Below are positions 26,101 through 41,100 of a DNA stretch of 64,000 bases, one piece after another. A program made the position numbers and the translations under genes. Numbering within the stretch: position 1 is the first letter of the stretch; the number at the start of each line of letters is the position of its first letter. The stretch spans positions 1,724,163-1,788,162 of the forward strand of contig NW_019217785.1 in assembly GCF_002571385.2 (NCBI RefSeq), given 5' to 3'. The notes below the pieces were generated by a model. The model was not told the DNA's origin. It did no database searches and saw only the letters and a list, made by a program, of their open reading frames with translations. Origin of the DNA: Stylophora pistillata (taxonomy: Eukaryota).

Positions 26101-29100
26101 ACAGCACATTACTTAGACGACTGTTGATAAACCAATACCGTACTTCACCGCGAGCACCTTTGTACTATGTTAACGATTATAAAGAGTGACCGAAGATATT
26201 AACTCTTGTTACCTTTAAACAAATGTTCACCAATACTTCAATTATTTGATTGTTATCTAACACCTGACAAGACCATCATGTCTAACGTTTAATACTCCAT
26301 TAACAGGCAGTCATCGGCGAGGCTCCTCGGATGTACAAAGTATGATTGTAACATTAAAATTGTCCTTTGTTTGCTTGGTTTTCATATGGCCCTAAAACAT
26401 GAATCGTCTCATTTGGATTAGTTTTGGATCAGTTTTTATTTGCTTTACCATGTTACATACGAGACTTGTGTATAGTTGTTGTCTTTTGTTTGGGTGTTAA
26501 AAATAGTCGAGGGGAAGAATATAACGATTGTAGATAGATGCTGAAGTTTTAAGGACACTCACTCTGTACTGAGTGAACAGACTTCATCAATCAGGAAGAT
26601 TACTTTACCAATCAAAAAGCTTGGCCGAAGTAGTCATTGTCTACTGGACTTTCATGCTGGAGTTTGATATACATGCATTAAGTAATGTACGTAAACAAGT
26701 AACAGAAAGATGTTTGACCCAAGAAATGACTCCTAGTAGAAGGAATCCACATTGAATGTACTGTCGCAATGTGAATTTGTAGATCAGTGTATGATATGAT
26801 GCAATATAAGAAAAAACCTGTAACTGTTCTGGCAGTTCGTTGTGAAATTCTACTTATCGAAGCCAAAAAAGTATTACTTAACGCCATATTAATAATGTAA
26901 GTGAAAAAACTACTGCGAAAATTTAAAAAATTTCAATTTTTGAAACTTTTAGTCTTTTGTTTGTGATCAACTGACGAAGTCGTGGACGAAACTAGTTTTG
27001 AAGTTTTCGCAGTAGTGTGTTGAAAGTAGAAGTTAGTTGGAGTTTTTTCACTTACATTGTTAATATGGCGTTCTGGCAGTTATAATGAACCTTTTGGTCT
27101 CAGGCCTTTGTCAGATGGAACTATGTCCAGATTAAAAGTGAAAAAGCTTGAAATCTCAGTTATATGAAAAAATATCTTATTTTGAGAGAGGTTTGTTCAA
27201 TTTAAATGGAGAAGTCTGGCTAGACAGCTCCATTGTTGAAAGGCACCCTGAGATTATCTGAATCATGTCTTTCGTCATTTTGTTAGACTGATCCATGGTA
27301 ACGTTGTGTAATAATAACATATTTTATTCGCACGGATTTACAAAAATCGCTAGTTTAGCCGTCGTGAATTGCCTCTCAAACCGCCCAGAATCCCGGAAGT
27401 AAGTCAACATCACTGCTGTTATCTACTACATATTAAATCAAAGCATATTGTAATTCAACAGAACTTCAGTGGCACAAGTGGACCCTAACAGACCTTACAG
27501 CCCTCATTTTAACTATTGTGGAAACGAGAGAGAAACTTGCTCATACCCTAGCCAAGGCGTTTTACATCTTTGATCCAGTGAGTAATGATTTTGTTCAAAG
27601 ATATCACGATAGTGGTTATTTACCAGTTTCAAGTGGTGCAAACAAAAGGGCGATTTGGAAAAAATTTATCAAAACACCTTTTGCACGAATCTTTTGCACA
27701 ACTTAAGAATGACGAAAACTCTTCATCAACGGGCCAGATACACGAAAGTATCTACACCTCCAACATAAAACCAGAAAGACCACAAGGCAGTTACGGCTCT
27801 TCTGACGGGCTATGTAAGCCAAAATTGATTTTTATTTTTACTTTAAAAAGGCAGGACTACAGCAACAATCCTCGTCACAGCTGTTGAAAAATTCCCCTTT
27901 CCCTGCCTTTTCAGTATTGGTAACGAGAAAATTGGACCACCTGAAAAAAACAGGATCTCAGCCTTGAGAGAGAAGCGGGTATTTTTTTTTTAAACAAAAC
28001 TTAGCAAGGTTTGTAGTCGAGAGAATAAGTTTAACATCCATGGAAATACAGAGTAATACTTATCGAAGAATTTTTGGTATTGTTACTTCTCAGGCCAGTC
28101 CTCTTCTAAACTTTTTTCGTTTTCACGAGACCTTTTTGGTGCACCGTGACTATGAAGCTTGTCAGGAATATTTGACTTCATTCAAGAGAACTTACCTCAA
28201 GGTATGGTAAAAATGTGTTCACAGTGCGAACACGTGTGGCCTACGTATTACATTTATAGCACTGACTTACTTTCAAGAAACTCAAATCTCAAAAGAAGTG
28301 GTTGTAACAAAAATCGGATGACATTTGAATTCAAATGTCAGTTAGATTTGCACATCAGTCAAACCATGACCGATCCTGACTTCAATGAGCTCAACTTGGA
28401 AACAAATTTCATTCCGTGTCAGGTGACAAGCACGGCTAGACTTGTGTGCATTTAAAGGCGACTAGAATAATTTCAATCTGCTTGTCATAGCTGGATTTGT
28501 GAATTTTTTCTGTTGTTCGATCCATTTGATACTCAAAGTGCGCAATTTTTGTCTTTGAGAAAGAGTTTGTTGGTAACTGTTTTAATAACCCTGGCGTTGT
28601 TGACCGTTTATGTAAACATACTGATTTAAAAGGTTAATCTAATTTCAGAAGCTTTTTTTCTTGATGAGCGTTCAAGTTCATTATTATTAAAAACTTCAAC
28701 TTATTTAACTAAAGGATGTTCCTTGATGTGAGTGGTTGTTCACTATTATTCGCAGTTCACTGTGTCAGTAGATGATATAATTATTTACTTTGTAGCTGTC
28801 TATGAAAGCCACTGCCGACAAGCACGCGACTGTACTCAAGATTGGAAGTCTGGAATGGCTGGAAGAGCTGACTTGTCGAGTCACGAAGCATATGCTCTCA
28901 CGCGGTGACAATGCCCACGAACAGGGCCATTTACTCGCAATTTTGGCAGAAAGCATGTTTGGACGAAACTTTGCGTGTAAAGGTTTGTTCTGATCACTTG
29001 ACTTAAAGGGCATAAAAAAGAGATGATATTCACCAGGTGAAAAATCTTTGAGCCTCTCTGAAAGTTTCCTTGTACTTAAAAGAAAAAAAAAAGACTTAAG

Positions 29101-32100
29101 TTGTAAGAAAGGGACGAACAACTGTGTAGCTAGAACAAGACGGTAAGCTCCATGAGAATCCAAATAGTGAAATCCACTTTCAAGAGGATAACTGCTTCGA
29201 ACAGGCGATTAGATTTGAAGCCAGAAATTATATGTATACAGCCCCTTTGTTTACCTCTGTTGTGATTTTTTTTTTTTTAGTACCTGCTTATTATGAGCTG
29301 CACGAAGTGAGTAAAGTTCTTCGCGGCACAAATGCGAATATACGACTTGAGGTAATGGTGGAGCAGGGAAATGAAGCTGATAGCCAAGCTGAGATGGAAA
29401 GAGTGCTTGGTTCCCTGCTCAAGACTAAGCACTTCGCAGAGGCCAGAATATTTGCTAAATTGATGGGCTTGTCTGATGATCACATTACGATAAAACAGGT
29501 AAGAAGACTTCAGAAACATGACCGCACCAAAAATGCAAAACGGCCTAGTTTCTTTTTTTTTTTTTTTGTATTTGTATCATTTGTATTTGTATTTACGAAT
29601 ATTTATACAGGGTAGCCCAGTTTAGCAGATCGATAGTTTAAATGGGGCCCTGTGAACAACCACCCATCCCACCCCAGGGGAGGACATCCACCACACAGTA
29701 ATCTCGTGCGTGGGAAATTAACGTCTCCTACCCCTAACTCTGCAGGAGACGGGGCCTACGGTTTATTCGTCCTTATCCAAGAAGACTAGAATATCTATCC
29801 ATCTCTTGATGGATAGGTAGCAAATTCTCCTCAGTTATTTTAAGACCATGACTATTGGTCTGGCCAGGGTAAAAGGAGCTGGGAGGCCCGGCCATGAAGG
29901 TGGCTCGCCAAGGTCTATAAAATGGTCAGAACTTGATCTTGACCTCTAACCCAGCGACTCAATACCGTGAAATCTGGAAAGAGTTAGGTCATGTGACTGC
30001 ACATTTTGCAAAAGGCGAGAGTCACATGATGAAGTGTTTTTTAAACAAAAACTCAGTGATCCCTTAATTTTGAGATATTCCCCCTTCATGTAATAGGGTC
30101 TTTAAATAATGCTTGACATACATAATACAGTAGCATTCTGAGTCTGTCATATGACGACACCTCCAACAGACCTCGCACCCTCCTTCTTATTCTACCTTTC
30201 GACTGTAGGTTGAAGCTGACTTAGAAATTGCCAAGAATTCCATGTTGTGGGAGATAGAACAGGGAAGACTCGCTTTCTGGCACAGAGCAGAAAAGAGCTT
30301 CAAAGACAATGGTTGTACAGCAGACACCGCAGGCTCATTCTTTGAGGTGAACAATATTTCTCCTGTCTATTTGGCTCGCTCTGTCAGTTCGTACAGAAAT
30401 GGGTTCACAAAACAATGTATCCGTTCGCCTTGAAGATAGAAAAAAAGTTAAAGAATGGATTAGTTTGGTGAATATATGATTGAGCTCATTGCTATTGTGG
30501 GAATACGGGCCAGACCAGGTCCAGTTCTTTCAAGGAGGTCGGATATTGCCCTCTTTCTAATTTTACATTATGGACCACGAATGCAAAAATGAACTCTGTC
30601 GATTCGTAGCTGTAAGACATAACCAGGACACTTCGCAAGTAATTATTGGTCCATATTTGTTATTAGATCAGAGTATGCAATCACGATTGTGACGTTTTAA
30701 AATTAACCTTATATTCGCGGAAAATTCCTGTGATACCGTAACCTTGTACTAATACTTGATTGATCTATAAGGCATAGTTATGAGTCTCACACGCGTGCAG
30801 TACATTCAACTACGGTGAAGTGTGTGGTCAACTGTCACTCAAGAAATGTCCCATGCGCTGCACTTCTTCATCAAGCGTTATTTTATTATTTTTTTTTACT
30901 GAAAATGATTCGAGGGATGTTAAAACAGATAACCGAGAAGAGCTAGAAAGAGGGTGGAAACAACTGTTTCACAATGTACAAAGGGTACTAGGACACAACT
31001 GCAACAGTCTTTTGAGTTACTAACAAACCCCTGTGGCTACACCACTGATAAAGTTATCGTCAAGATGGCCAAAGTTAAAATGACCAAAGCTGGTATCTCA
31101 TTTATTACCTTACCTTGCAGAATCAAGCTAGCGACACTGAATTGTCGTTTACTGAACGTGCTATGCTAGTTGGGATAGCTGTGAAGTGGTTTTTTCCCTC
31201 TTCTGACCAGCAACATAGACCATTGGAGGAGCTGAAAGAACTTCAAAAGAAACGCTGGCTGTATAAGATACGAGCAGAAATTGAGAAAGAGGTATAAAAT
31301 GTGAACTGAATTAAACAAGGAAAGAAGAATGAGAATAGATACTATGTGTCAAAAGTAGGCTTGACCATAACAATCTTTTGGATGCTGTTTATGTGTGGTG
31401 AGTGGGAGGGGCATTCAGGTGTGCACCAGTTGCTCTAAACTCTCTCCTAGCTATAAACAGGTGCATATATACTCTAAAGTATAACTTTGTGAACTTATGG
31501 TGCTTATTCTTGAGCGAAAGAACCAGAGGCTTTCCTTAAACGCATGCGCTGTGGATGAGTTCCACAAAAATGACTGGTTTTCTTGTCACGCTCTTTTGTG
31601 CCTTATTATACTCATGCTCTTTTTCCCTTTTAGGACAGGTTAACCAGATCTGTTAGCCATCTAGAATTTCTTTCTCACGAAACGGAAGTGGAATTATTAA
31701 ACGAAGTCAAAACAACCAACAAAGTTGTGATTCCAGTTAAGTTAGAAGAACTAGTGCAAGAGGATACTGCTGAAGGACAACTCCATGGTGAATGTCCGCT
31801 GGAAACCGACAAGGTTTGAAAAAGACTGGAAAGTTTGAAAAGGACTGAAAAGTTTCGACCAAACAGATGTGAATCGATAGCTTTTTTGTTTTGCGTTGCT
31901 TTTTTTTTTCAACACTGTTATGGTTTATTTAATATTTGATTTGTTTGCGATGCATTTGATTTATGTGTAGGATTCATTGACCTTTACTTTTTTGCATTTC
32001 ATTCTGCCAAGTGGCACCAATTGTTTTGGGCTTGTTCATACGAATCTGTTCGTGTAAATTGCATTTTTATTTCCTTTTTCTTTGGAGGGAGGGAGGTTTC

Positions 32101-35100
32101 TAGTGCAGACCCTCATCACTTTAATTATTTGTCACTGCAACACCAATTGCCGAACTAAACTTCAGTGCCGACTTACTGCTGACAGCTGAAGTTTAATTAG
32201 AACACACAGCAGTCTTTGTAGTGTGAATTTCATGACTAAATATTCTCGGAGTCGTAACTATAACTTAACTTATATGGCCAAAAGTTATTTTTGGCATGTG
32301 ATATTAATGCTGTTTTCTAGAGCAAACTGCCGCAACTGTTAAGCTGATTTTCATTGTTGTCCAATGACATTAAGAATTTGCCATTGTGGCGGTGAAGTTT
32401 CTCCAGCAAGGAAGGTTAATAAAGCACCTACTTACTTTACCTGTTATTTTTGTTTGGGATTGATCCGTTGTTTTTGGTTTGGATTGATAGGAAATCCGAG
32501 CGTTGGAAAATATCATTTGTCGCTTGTTGGAACATTGTCATGTGAGCCAGGCGCGATGGCTTGCAAGTTTATTCAATCGCAGTTGTTTAGCGTTAGACGT
32601 GGTCATGGTAAGACGTTTACTGTCTCTTTAGCAGCGAGAATAGGGGAACTTTTGATTTAAAAGCAATCTTTCCTATGGTACGTGCTTGTCTCCCCTGAAA
32701 TGATGATAGAGTAGCTTTCTCCTTTTGATTTTAGCAACTATTTTCTGTTTCAGGAGTAGCGCGATTTATATTGATAGCAGAGCTTAAAATTTACACGAGA
32801 AAATGTTCAGTCTCGTGACCTTTTTAACAATTTTTTTTTTCATAAGGGCGAAATGAGGTGTTAAAAAACTTTTTTCGTAGAACTACTTTCACAAATGGTT
32901 TACAGCCACACTTAACTCTTAAAAGACAAGGTTTGTTTGCCCTAACGAACTATCCCGCAAACAATTTGGGAAATGTGAGTAAGGATAAACGCTTGGCGCT
33001 TGTATTAAAAAACGCTCCGCTGTATTTGTCAGAGCTTGTACTTACATACCTGTCTTAACTCTGGATTAGTCTTGCATTCACTTGGCTCAAGGAACACGTT
33101 CCATAGACACCCTAGATGTTCATGTAAGAAGCCTCCTTACCCGAAATGCTCAGAGACGTGAAAGCTTTGGAAGCGCTAGCCCATTCTCCCGCTCTGGTAG
33201 TTTTATTTTCTCCTCGTCTTTCACGGAGAAGGTTCCAAACGAGCGTCACGACTCCGTTTCCTCTTCGGATTGGGTTAAAGTCGAAGATATCATCTCCGCC
33301 TTGGAAAGCCTAGCTTTTCACAGTAGGCAGGGAAAGAGGTGTTGTACCTGTGTCATCGCCTGCTACAAAGTTGCTCAAGTAAGATCAGCACTATTTGATA
33401 TTTATTTATGGCTGGTGCTTGTTGCCAATGTAACACGCGCCCTTCTCTCCGTTGAAGCCCATTGGCTGAGTACAAATTATGCGAATTTGGCTGAATACAG
33501 AAGGGCATTCAAAGGCTACGTCCTGGTTTTTTCTTTGTTTGGGAAAGATCAAACCGGCATTGGACTGGTTTGATTCCATCCCAAATTAGCCATTCCTCCG
33601 TCGTCGTTTTGTGCGCGCGGATGACTGTCCGTCGCTAAACTCTTGAAATCGCAAAAAATTTGCTGTCTTCAGCTACAAGAACAACAAAACACACTTTTCC
33701 GGTTATGTTAAATGTTCCTTCTTCGTTCGATCGCTGTCCTCTACAAGTCTTACCGCCATCACCTGAATAAAGAAATTGTTCGAACTGCGAATACCCGGTC
33801 AAACTTTACGTGTAATATTTCATGTGTCTTGATTTATTTCTCACGGTCTGCTTAAAAGTCGTGTCATCTCTTACGTGCGCCATCATTATTTCAGGCAAAG
33901 TTAGCCGTGTGATTCTGTTTATGATTCCCTTTCAATCAGCGTTTGATCCCAATTAGTCGCATCGTTGTTCGATGTTCTGTGTTTACCACGTTATTATCTC
34001 TTCCAGACGCTGGGGCAAGATTACGAGCAAATTGTGAATAAGAAGCCCCTGAAGGTGCTCCATTCGTTGTTACTTTCTGGATTTGATAGCCGCTATAAAC
34101 TGATGGAGGGTTATATTAAAGCCGTTCATCTTGATTCTGTAGAGGTAACAGTTTTGAGACATTATATGCTAATTACTACTTGAGTTCGGGCTTAATTTCT
34201 AACAAATAAAATATTTTTCAATTAGGTGACTGGATTTTTGGCCACTATCATCTTGAATTCTCTCATTGTTCACTGCACTGGTGAAGGTAACTTTTTTTTA
34301 AGTGTGTCTGTTTGTTTTCATGTCATTTCAAATGTTTCCTTGAATGTTGAATAGTGATTCAGTCAGCCTTGCGGAGTAAGATAATCATGTAATTTTCTTT
34401 TAACTGCTCAAGTACCGTTTCTCTTATCAACCTCGTGATCGAGACAAATCCAAATGAAATTTGTAGAACAGTGTTTTTATAATGGTTTCAAACTCGTGTC
34501 TCTCCCTTGGTAGGAGAATTGATCTTTGAAATAATCCTAGAAGGAATAGAATGTACTGAGTGGTCAAGGGTTTTGATTTAAATCCATAATATTGTATTGC
34601 ATACAGAAATTTCAGAGAAAGAATACAGTGATTTAACCGTAAATGCAGCACCGTCTTGTGAAGACATAAGTCACATGATTCGCCTGTGTCCTGACTATTC
34701 CTTGCTGGGCAGTCGACTCTTAGATGAGGTTTCATCGTTAGTCAACGAGTATGCATCAGGAACCATAGGTACTGGAGGTATATATTTTTATCCTTTTTCC
34801 ATGTTCAACAGGCTCTCAGAGTCGTGAAAGATTGATTTAGATGTCTTTCCCTGCACTATAAGTACCACTTTTTCTTCAGCATTCGCATGCGACGGTGGAG
34901 ATCATTCAAATTAATTTACGACTCAACGGTTTATCATTCTGAAGGTCCGACTGTTAAAAAGACTTTTGGCCGCTCTTGCTGTGCTCTTTCTGGTGAAATT
35001 TAGAGAAAATATACGATCCGAAGTGAACCGCCATCCGTATCACGATGTGTAATTTGTAAAAGAGTGAATCTTTAGCGTCTCTGGAAAGTTTTAGTACCAC

Positions 35101-38100
35101 GCCAGTAATGTTACGTATCATTCTATCTTAGATACTGTACCAGATCTTATCCCCGAGAAACCTGTGTTTCTCTTTGCATCAGTGGCATAATGCATAGCAT
35201 CGGATTTTCAGAGCGACCCGACAAAAACGTGTTACGTGTATTGGGCAAACTCTCTTCCAGGATCACATTGTATTTATGAATTTACTAAGGTTCTTGGAAA
35301 GGATCACGCCATAATGTTGATATCAGTATTTCATTAAATGGTTTGAACCCGGGGGTAATTATGGCAAGTCAATTGTAGCAATATTCAATAAATGGATTTT
35401 TCAATTCAAAGAGTCTAGTTTAGTTCAATTCAACCCGTAAATTTATGTTCAGCATACTATTTTTTGTGTTCAACGTCCTATTTTGCATTCAATACACTTT
35501 GGTATCATTCAATGCGATTGCTTCGGTTCAACCTCTTTTTTTATTTCAATTACGCATATTACGTTCAACACTTTTTATTTCGTTCAATGCAATTTATTTT
35601 CGTTCAATGATTTACTGCACAGCGGTTGACCATTATTGCCCAGTCCCTTTTGATCTCGGCAGATCACGAAAGGCTTGAATACTTTTTGATAGGCCATTTT
35701 AATTTTTTGCTTCTTGATTGATCGTAATGTCTTTACAATCAAATTTAATGCTGACGAGGACCTATCAACATTTCTTCATACAGTTCTGGACCAAGCAGAA
35801 CAGTCTTTACTTCGAGGAGACTGCTCCCTAGATAGTTTGCAAACGCAGACGGTTGTCGATCAAACGATTAGCTTGCTTAGAACCTTGGCTGAACCCTGTC
35901 AACCCCATTTAACACCTTGATTGTGATGAGTTTAACATTGACCTCGCTCTTTGCAACGTTGAGAACACTCGGTTTCCACTAGAACTTGAAGTTTCAGGCC
36001 GGGATGTCTCAGAGCTAGCAGTCTGTTCGTCTAAAATCTTTTTCACAAGCTCTGAAGCTTCTCCAAGCCAAGACGACAACTTCAAAAGAGATGAGCGATC
36101 ACATTATTTTGTTCTGACAACTACTCGTTTTCTTCAAAATGGCGGGCTAGGAAGGCAAGCGAGAAGTGAACACTGAGGAAGCTAGAGTTCTTTCGGTCAA
36201 CCGCTGTGCAGTAAATAATTGAACGAAAATAAATTGCATTGAACGAAATAAAAAGTGTTGAACGTAATATGCGTAATTGAAATAAAAAAAGAGGTTGAAC
36301 CGAAGCAATCGCGTTGAATGATACCAAAGTGTATTGAATGCAAAATGGGACGTTGAACCCAAAAAATAGTGTGCTGAATATAAATTTACGCGTTGAATTG
36401 AACTAAACTAGACTCTTTGAATTGAAAATTCCATTTATTGAATATTGCTACAATTGGCTTGCCATAGGTAATACTCTTTCACACCAGCATTTCAGTAGTG
36501 CGCCCGATTTCCAGTAGTTCAGCGTACTCATGTGTTGCCTCTCAAAGTTTAAACATATAACTCTGTCTCTAAACAGTATTGAGCTTGAAAGTAGAGTTGC
36601 TGGTTCGTGCCCATCAATGTCACACTTTAGCCTGTAACATGGAGGGTATTGCAACAGTCCTGCGACATGGACGAGTACTCACAGCTGCCTTGACCGAATC
36701 CAGAGATTACATGCTCATGGTAACGTGTGCTTCTCTACTAAAAACATTTACTTAATTTGTATGGCAATTGAAAAAAAGTTAATTGTAGAGACAGTTTCCT
36801 TTTCTTCTGTAGGTTCGTTTGCTCACGGGTATCGGAAGGTTTAACGAGATGTCTTACATCATTGACACACTCTTCGAGCACGAGCACTTCGAACTTCTCT
36901 GTCGGAAAGGGATTGACAAGGTAACACTTCTTTTTGAATACTGAAAACTGACTGCACCCATGAGAATGAAAACATTACGATATTCCGAGTCTTTGTGGTT
37001 ATCCCCAAAGACTTGCCTACACATTGGATGAAACTACAAACCCAAAGATGCAAGGAATATGTTCGCTTGATTTCTTTCCAACGAACAAGCCGTGACGTAG
37101 TTTCTTTGAAATAAAAAAAGAACCCCACAGAACCTCACTTAAACAATAAATCGAAACTGACCAATCACAGTTGACAATAGTTCTTGGAGCCTACCAAGCC
37201 ATCACGATCCAGTATAATGAACACATCAGTTTCCCTAAACCAGACTTATGACACTAGACTAACAAAGAACCTCATGGACTTTGGTGTTGAGTTCCTCTCA
37301 GAGTGTCAGTTGTCAGTCACTGTAGAGGCGACTTAAGTTCAGGACATGACCGTCAAATGAATTAAGTTCTTGTATTCAATACCAATACTGTTTTGCATTT
37401 AACTGTGGTTGATATGCGTACCAAAGCTACAAATGTGTAACCAGACGTTTCTTTCTTTTAAGTCATTCATGCCTTTGTTTCCCAGTTTAAATGTGGACTT
37501 TCGTTTGATTGACCTCTTTCAAAAATAGCATTCCTAATTGTTGTTACTTTTATACAGGTAAATTAGTCTTGTCAAGGCGTGAACAAACAGTAGAATTTTC
37601 TCGTGGAAGAGAGGCATAGGAGGCTATTTGTGCTCCTACCCACCACTTATAAAATATATTGAATTGCTCCACTGATCGTTGTATTATGAAAATTTTGGAA
37701 AGAAAACACACCAGTAAAATAGCGAGGACTTTTTTGGTCAGTTTTGCATTTTTTCCTATCTGCCTGATACTTGAACAGCTTTATTTTTTGTCAGTACCTA
37801 TTTTCTCTTGGGCTTTCCTACTGGGAAAAATTACACTAAATGTCCTGTTGTAAGTCTGGCTCTTTTGTTGATTCGTTCGTTCCTTTTTTTCATTTATTTC
37901 AGTTAGTAGCTTATTGCCTTCTTTGTTTATGTTTGTTCTATTGTTTCTTGTTTCACGCTTTTAAGCGCCAACAATGTGGTTGTCTTTTTTTTTTTTTTTT
38001 GCCTCAGGAAAATAAGCTGAAAGTAGCGCTTCTTGATTACTTAAGAAAACAACATCCGGAGGACACAGACAAGTTTTCTATGGTGGCGCATCACTTTCGC

Positions 38101-41100
38101 ATGTACCGGGAAATTGCCAAAACTTTGGAGGACACCGCCGTCAAGCAGCTGGCTAGTTTAGGCAATTGTTTCCCAGGTATTTTCCTGTGATGAATAGTGT
38201 ATTTGGTTGTCGAGTGGACTTGGAAATTGGCTTGGTCATTAAAGGTTTAAGCGGAAATTGTGCTTTGTCGAGAACACCAAGAACTGTTTTTCAGGGGTCA
38301 AAAAAGGATGTTGCTTTTCAGGAACTGGCCAAGTTTTACGTTTAGGGCCCCAAAAGAATAACGTTGCAAATGTTTGGAAAGCTGCAAAGGCACCATTTTA
38401 AAATTTGGTTGAAACGATGATCGACGATCAATTGTCAAACATGAAAATATAAATATTTCAAACAAAGCATCATCTTACAAACTCCCATAAGTAAAACCAT
38501 GGTATGTTACAATGGCAACGGGTCTTCCTTTTTTGGAGTTGAATCATTTCTTTCCTCACGCGTCCTCTGGCACTTCCCGTTATAAGCAAATCGAACGCAT
38601 CTTTCTTCTTTTCCGCCCAAAGTGATTAATTTTCTGCATTAGAGTACAGATATCTGTAGGGGAGCTTAAGAATTTAGAAACTTTATTATCCCAATAACCC
38701 CATCTTACCATGTAAGGGCAACGGAACACGCAAAATGTGCCATAGTATTACATAGGGTAACAGGACAAAATATGAAAGACAGACTTGACTCTTCAAGAAA
38801 CAAACCTTTAGGTGCATCAAATTCTGTTAAGGATCATTAAAAACAATTTAATGGTATTGTCTGCTGTGTTCGTCTTTCGCGCATCTATTATGTGATCGAT
38901 ACGACACTCTGACAAGGCTGCGGGAAGTACTCCGAAAAAATGAAGCCAAACTATTAGAAAGTGAAATAATAGTGGAATGATAAATCTATTATTCCAGGGT
39001 TAACACATAAAAAGAGCGGAAAATTTGCTAATTACGTAATTCCCATAATATCCGCGCGTACTACATGTTAAACCATCGAAAAAGATGTATGTTTTTGGGC
39101 CCCCTTTTGATCCCCTTTTTATTCGTTTCAGATAAGAAACACGGCCAGGGAAATGCTGAGAAAGGTGGGCTTGATCTTAAGATTCACTAAATGACACATG
39201 CTTCTCGTGTCATCTCGGTCTCTGCTCATCAGCATACAATGTACTGAAGACCTTTCATATTATCGTATGTCCGTAAATAAATGGTGTAAACGTGACGAAA
39301 GTAAGAATATCATACCGTTCTGTCAACCGGAACTTTAATCAGGCATACTCGCTGTAGAGTGAAAGAGAAATTGAAAAGGTGTAGAGTGAAAGTGAACGTT
39401 AAATCATTCAAGTATTCACAGGGCAAAAGATTAACCTTGCATTAAATGGACTGAAGCGACGCCTTTTCAAGTTAAGATAATCTTTTTAATCAAACTCAGC
39501 CTACGGAAAAAGATAGATAAACCGAATGTAAGGAAACGGAAGGGATGTCATAACTTGTGGAAATCGTGTGCCATAGATTGTTATAAGGGTCTTGTTAATT
39601 AGTGCAATTCTATAACCTATTCGACTTTCTTTTGCAAGTATTTAAGGAATCAGAATCAGATTTATAACCTTTTAAGTTATGTTTGCAAATTGGATGCAGC
39701 TTTATCTTATTCTGCTTGGCTTCGTAGTCAGTAGATTAAAACAAATACATCAGTTACGTAATTCACAAGTTCGTGCCGTCTCCTTTTTGCGGTTATTTTT
39801 TTGAGAATCTGCGATGCCTGTGTCAGTCTTCATTTAGTATCGAACCTTTGTTCTCGACTAATATGGCTTTTATGACCTTTCTTAAAATGCTTCAGGAGCT
39901 GCAGAAGTTTTCTTTAAACTAAATTCCATTATGAAATCCTTCTGCTACGCTTCGGATAACTATGCCAAGGTAAGTGGGTAACACGCCGGTGAGATATGTA
40001 ACTGAAATAATAATTTTAGTTCTTGTCAGGTTTTTGTTGTTGTTGTTGTTGTAACTGGCGGCGAAAACCGAATGAGTGTTTTGACTCTGAATCTAAACCC
40101 TAGATTGTGATATTCTTCTTCTCCAGTCCTTACCGTATTCTTAATCTACTAGTTTAGCAACTCAGGTTTCCTTTCTTGTAACCATTAGGAGAACTGCTGG
40201 CGACATTCACAGACCTGTCTGAAGAATGCAAGATTGGTTCACCTGCAGATCCAGTTTCTTTCCTCTGGAGTCACAGTAGTAAACTTGAGTGACGTTGCTT
40301 TGAAGAAATTCCTTGCCCATCACACGCACTTCTTTCAGGTTAGAGGTGTACGCATTGCAGATTGTTTTTAATTGTGATAACAGTCATTTGCATTTACATA
40401 ACTTAACAATTATCAATAGATTAATCAAACGACGATTCATGTCTTGTTTCTTAAGTGTAGAATCTTAACCACAGTCAATGATAAGGTTGCTTGATGTTGA
40501 ATCTCCGGATTATCCATGTATTCATGGAAACCTTCTTTCTTCACATGACTGGTGCTTTTATGATGATTTATTTAACGGTACCAACATTCGACTCAAGTTT
40601 AATTAATTGCTGATATTTGCTGCATCAGATTTTATCATCAAACGAGGCCTTGCAATAATTCTTTAATATCTATGCAGTAACCAGAACATCTTGTGGCTGC
40701 GAGGAATAAGACGTTTATTCTCAAGTGTTTTGGGTGTCTCTGTCGAGCAATACTAGTGATTTTGGGTAGCACGGTGCAACTCGTGCTCCAATGCTCATTA
40801 GGTTTTCCTTCATTTTGAATCACTTCTCCACCTAATATTTAATGGTTTACTTAACAAGTAGAGGGCTTTTACCGTGTTTGTATATCCTCATCTCAACATA
40901 TAGGGATGAGAGAATTTTAATTTTGAGAAGGGGTCCAGGGTTTGCATAACTTTCTCGAATTCTCAAAACCCTTGCGTGTCTAGAGGACGCTATCTCCTCT
41001 ATTGCCTTGAAAAAGCGTGACATCAAAATGTGTACATACTCACATCTAAGTACACCTATCGGCCAATGAGAGCGTGCGCACTTTCCTAAATATTTCATTA

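Noticed and set aside
30898-30930. HHR-like CTGAAAATGA...TAAAAC; similarly TTAATGAAGAC...GTTGAAAC at about 51446-51480
   Set aside because: Core nucleotides are mutated; at most decayed PLE relics.
35445-36362. Duplicated ORFs 35445-35678 (+) and 36121-36362 (-)
   Set aside because: Translations of the two TIRs of the DNA transposon.
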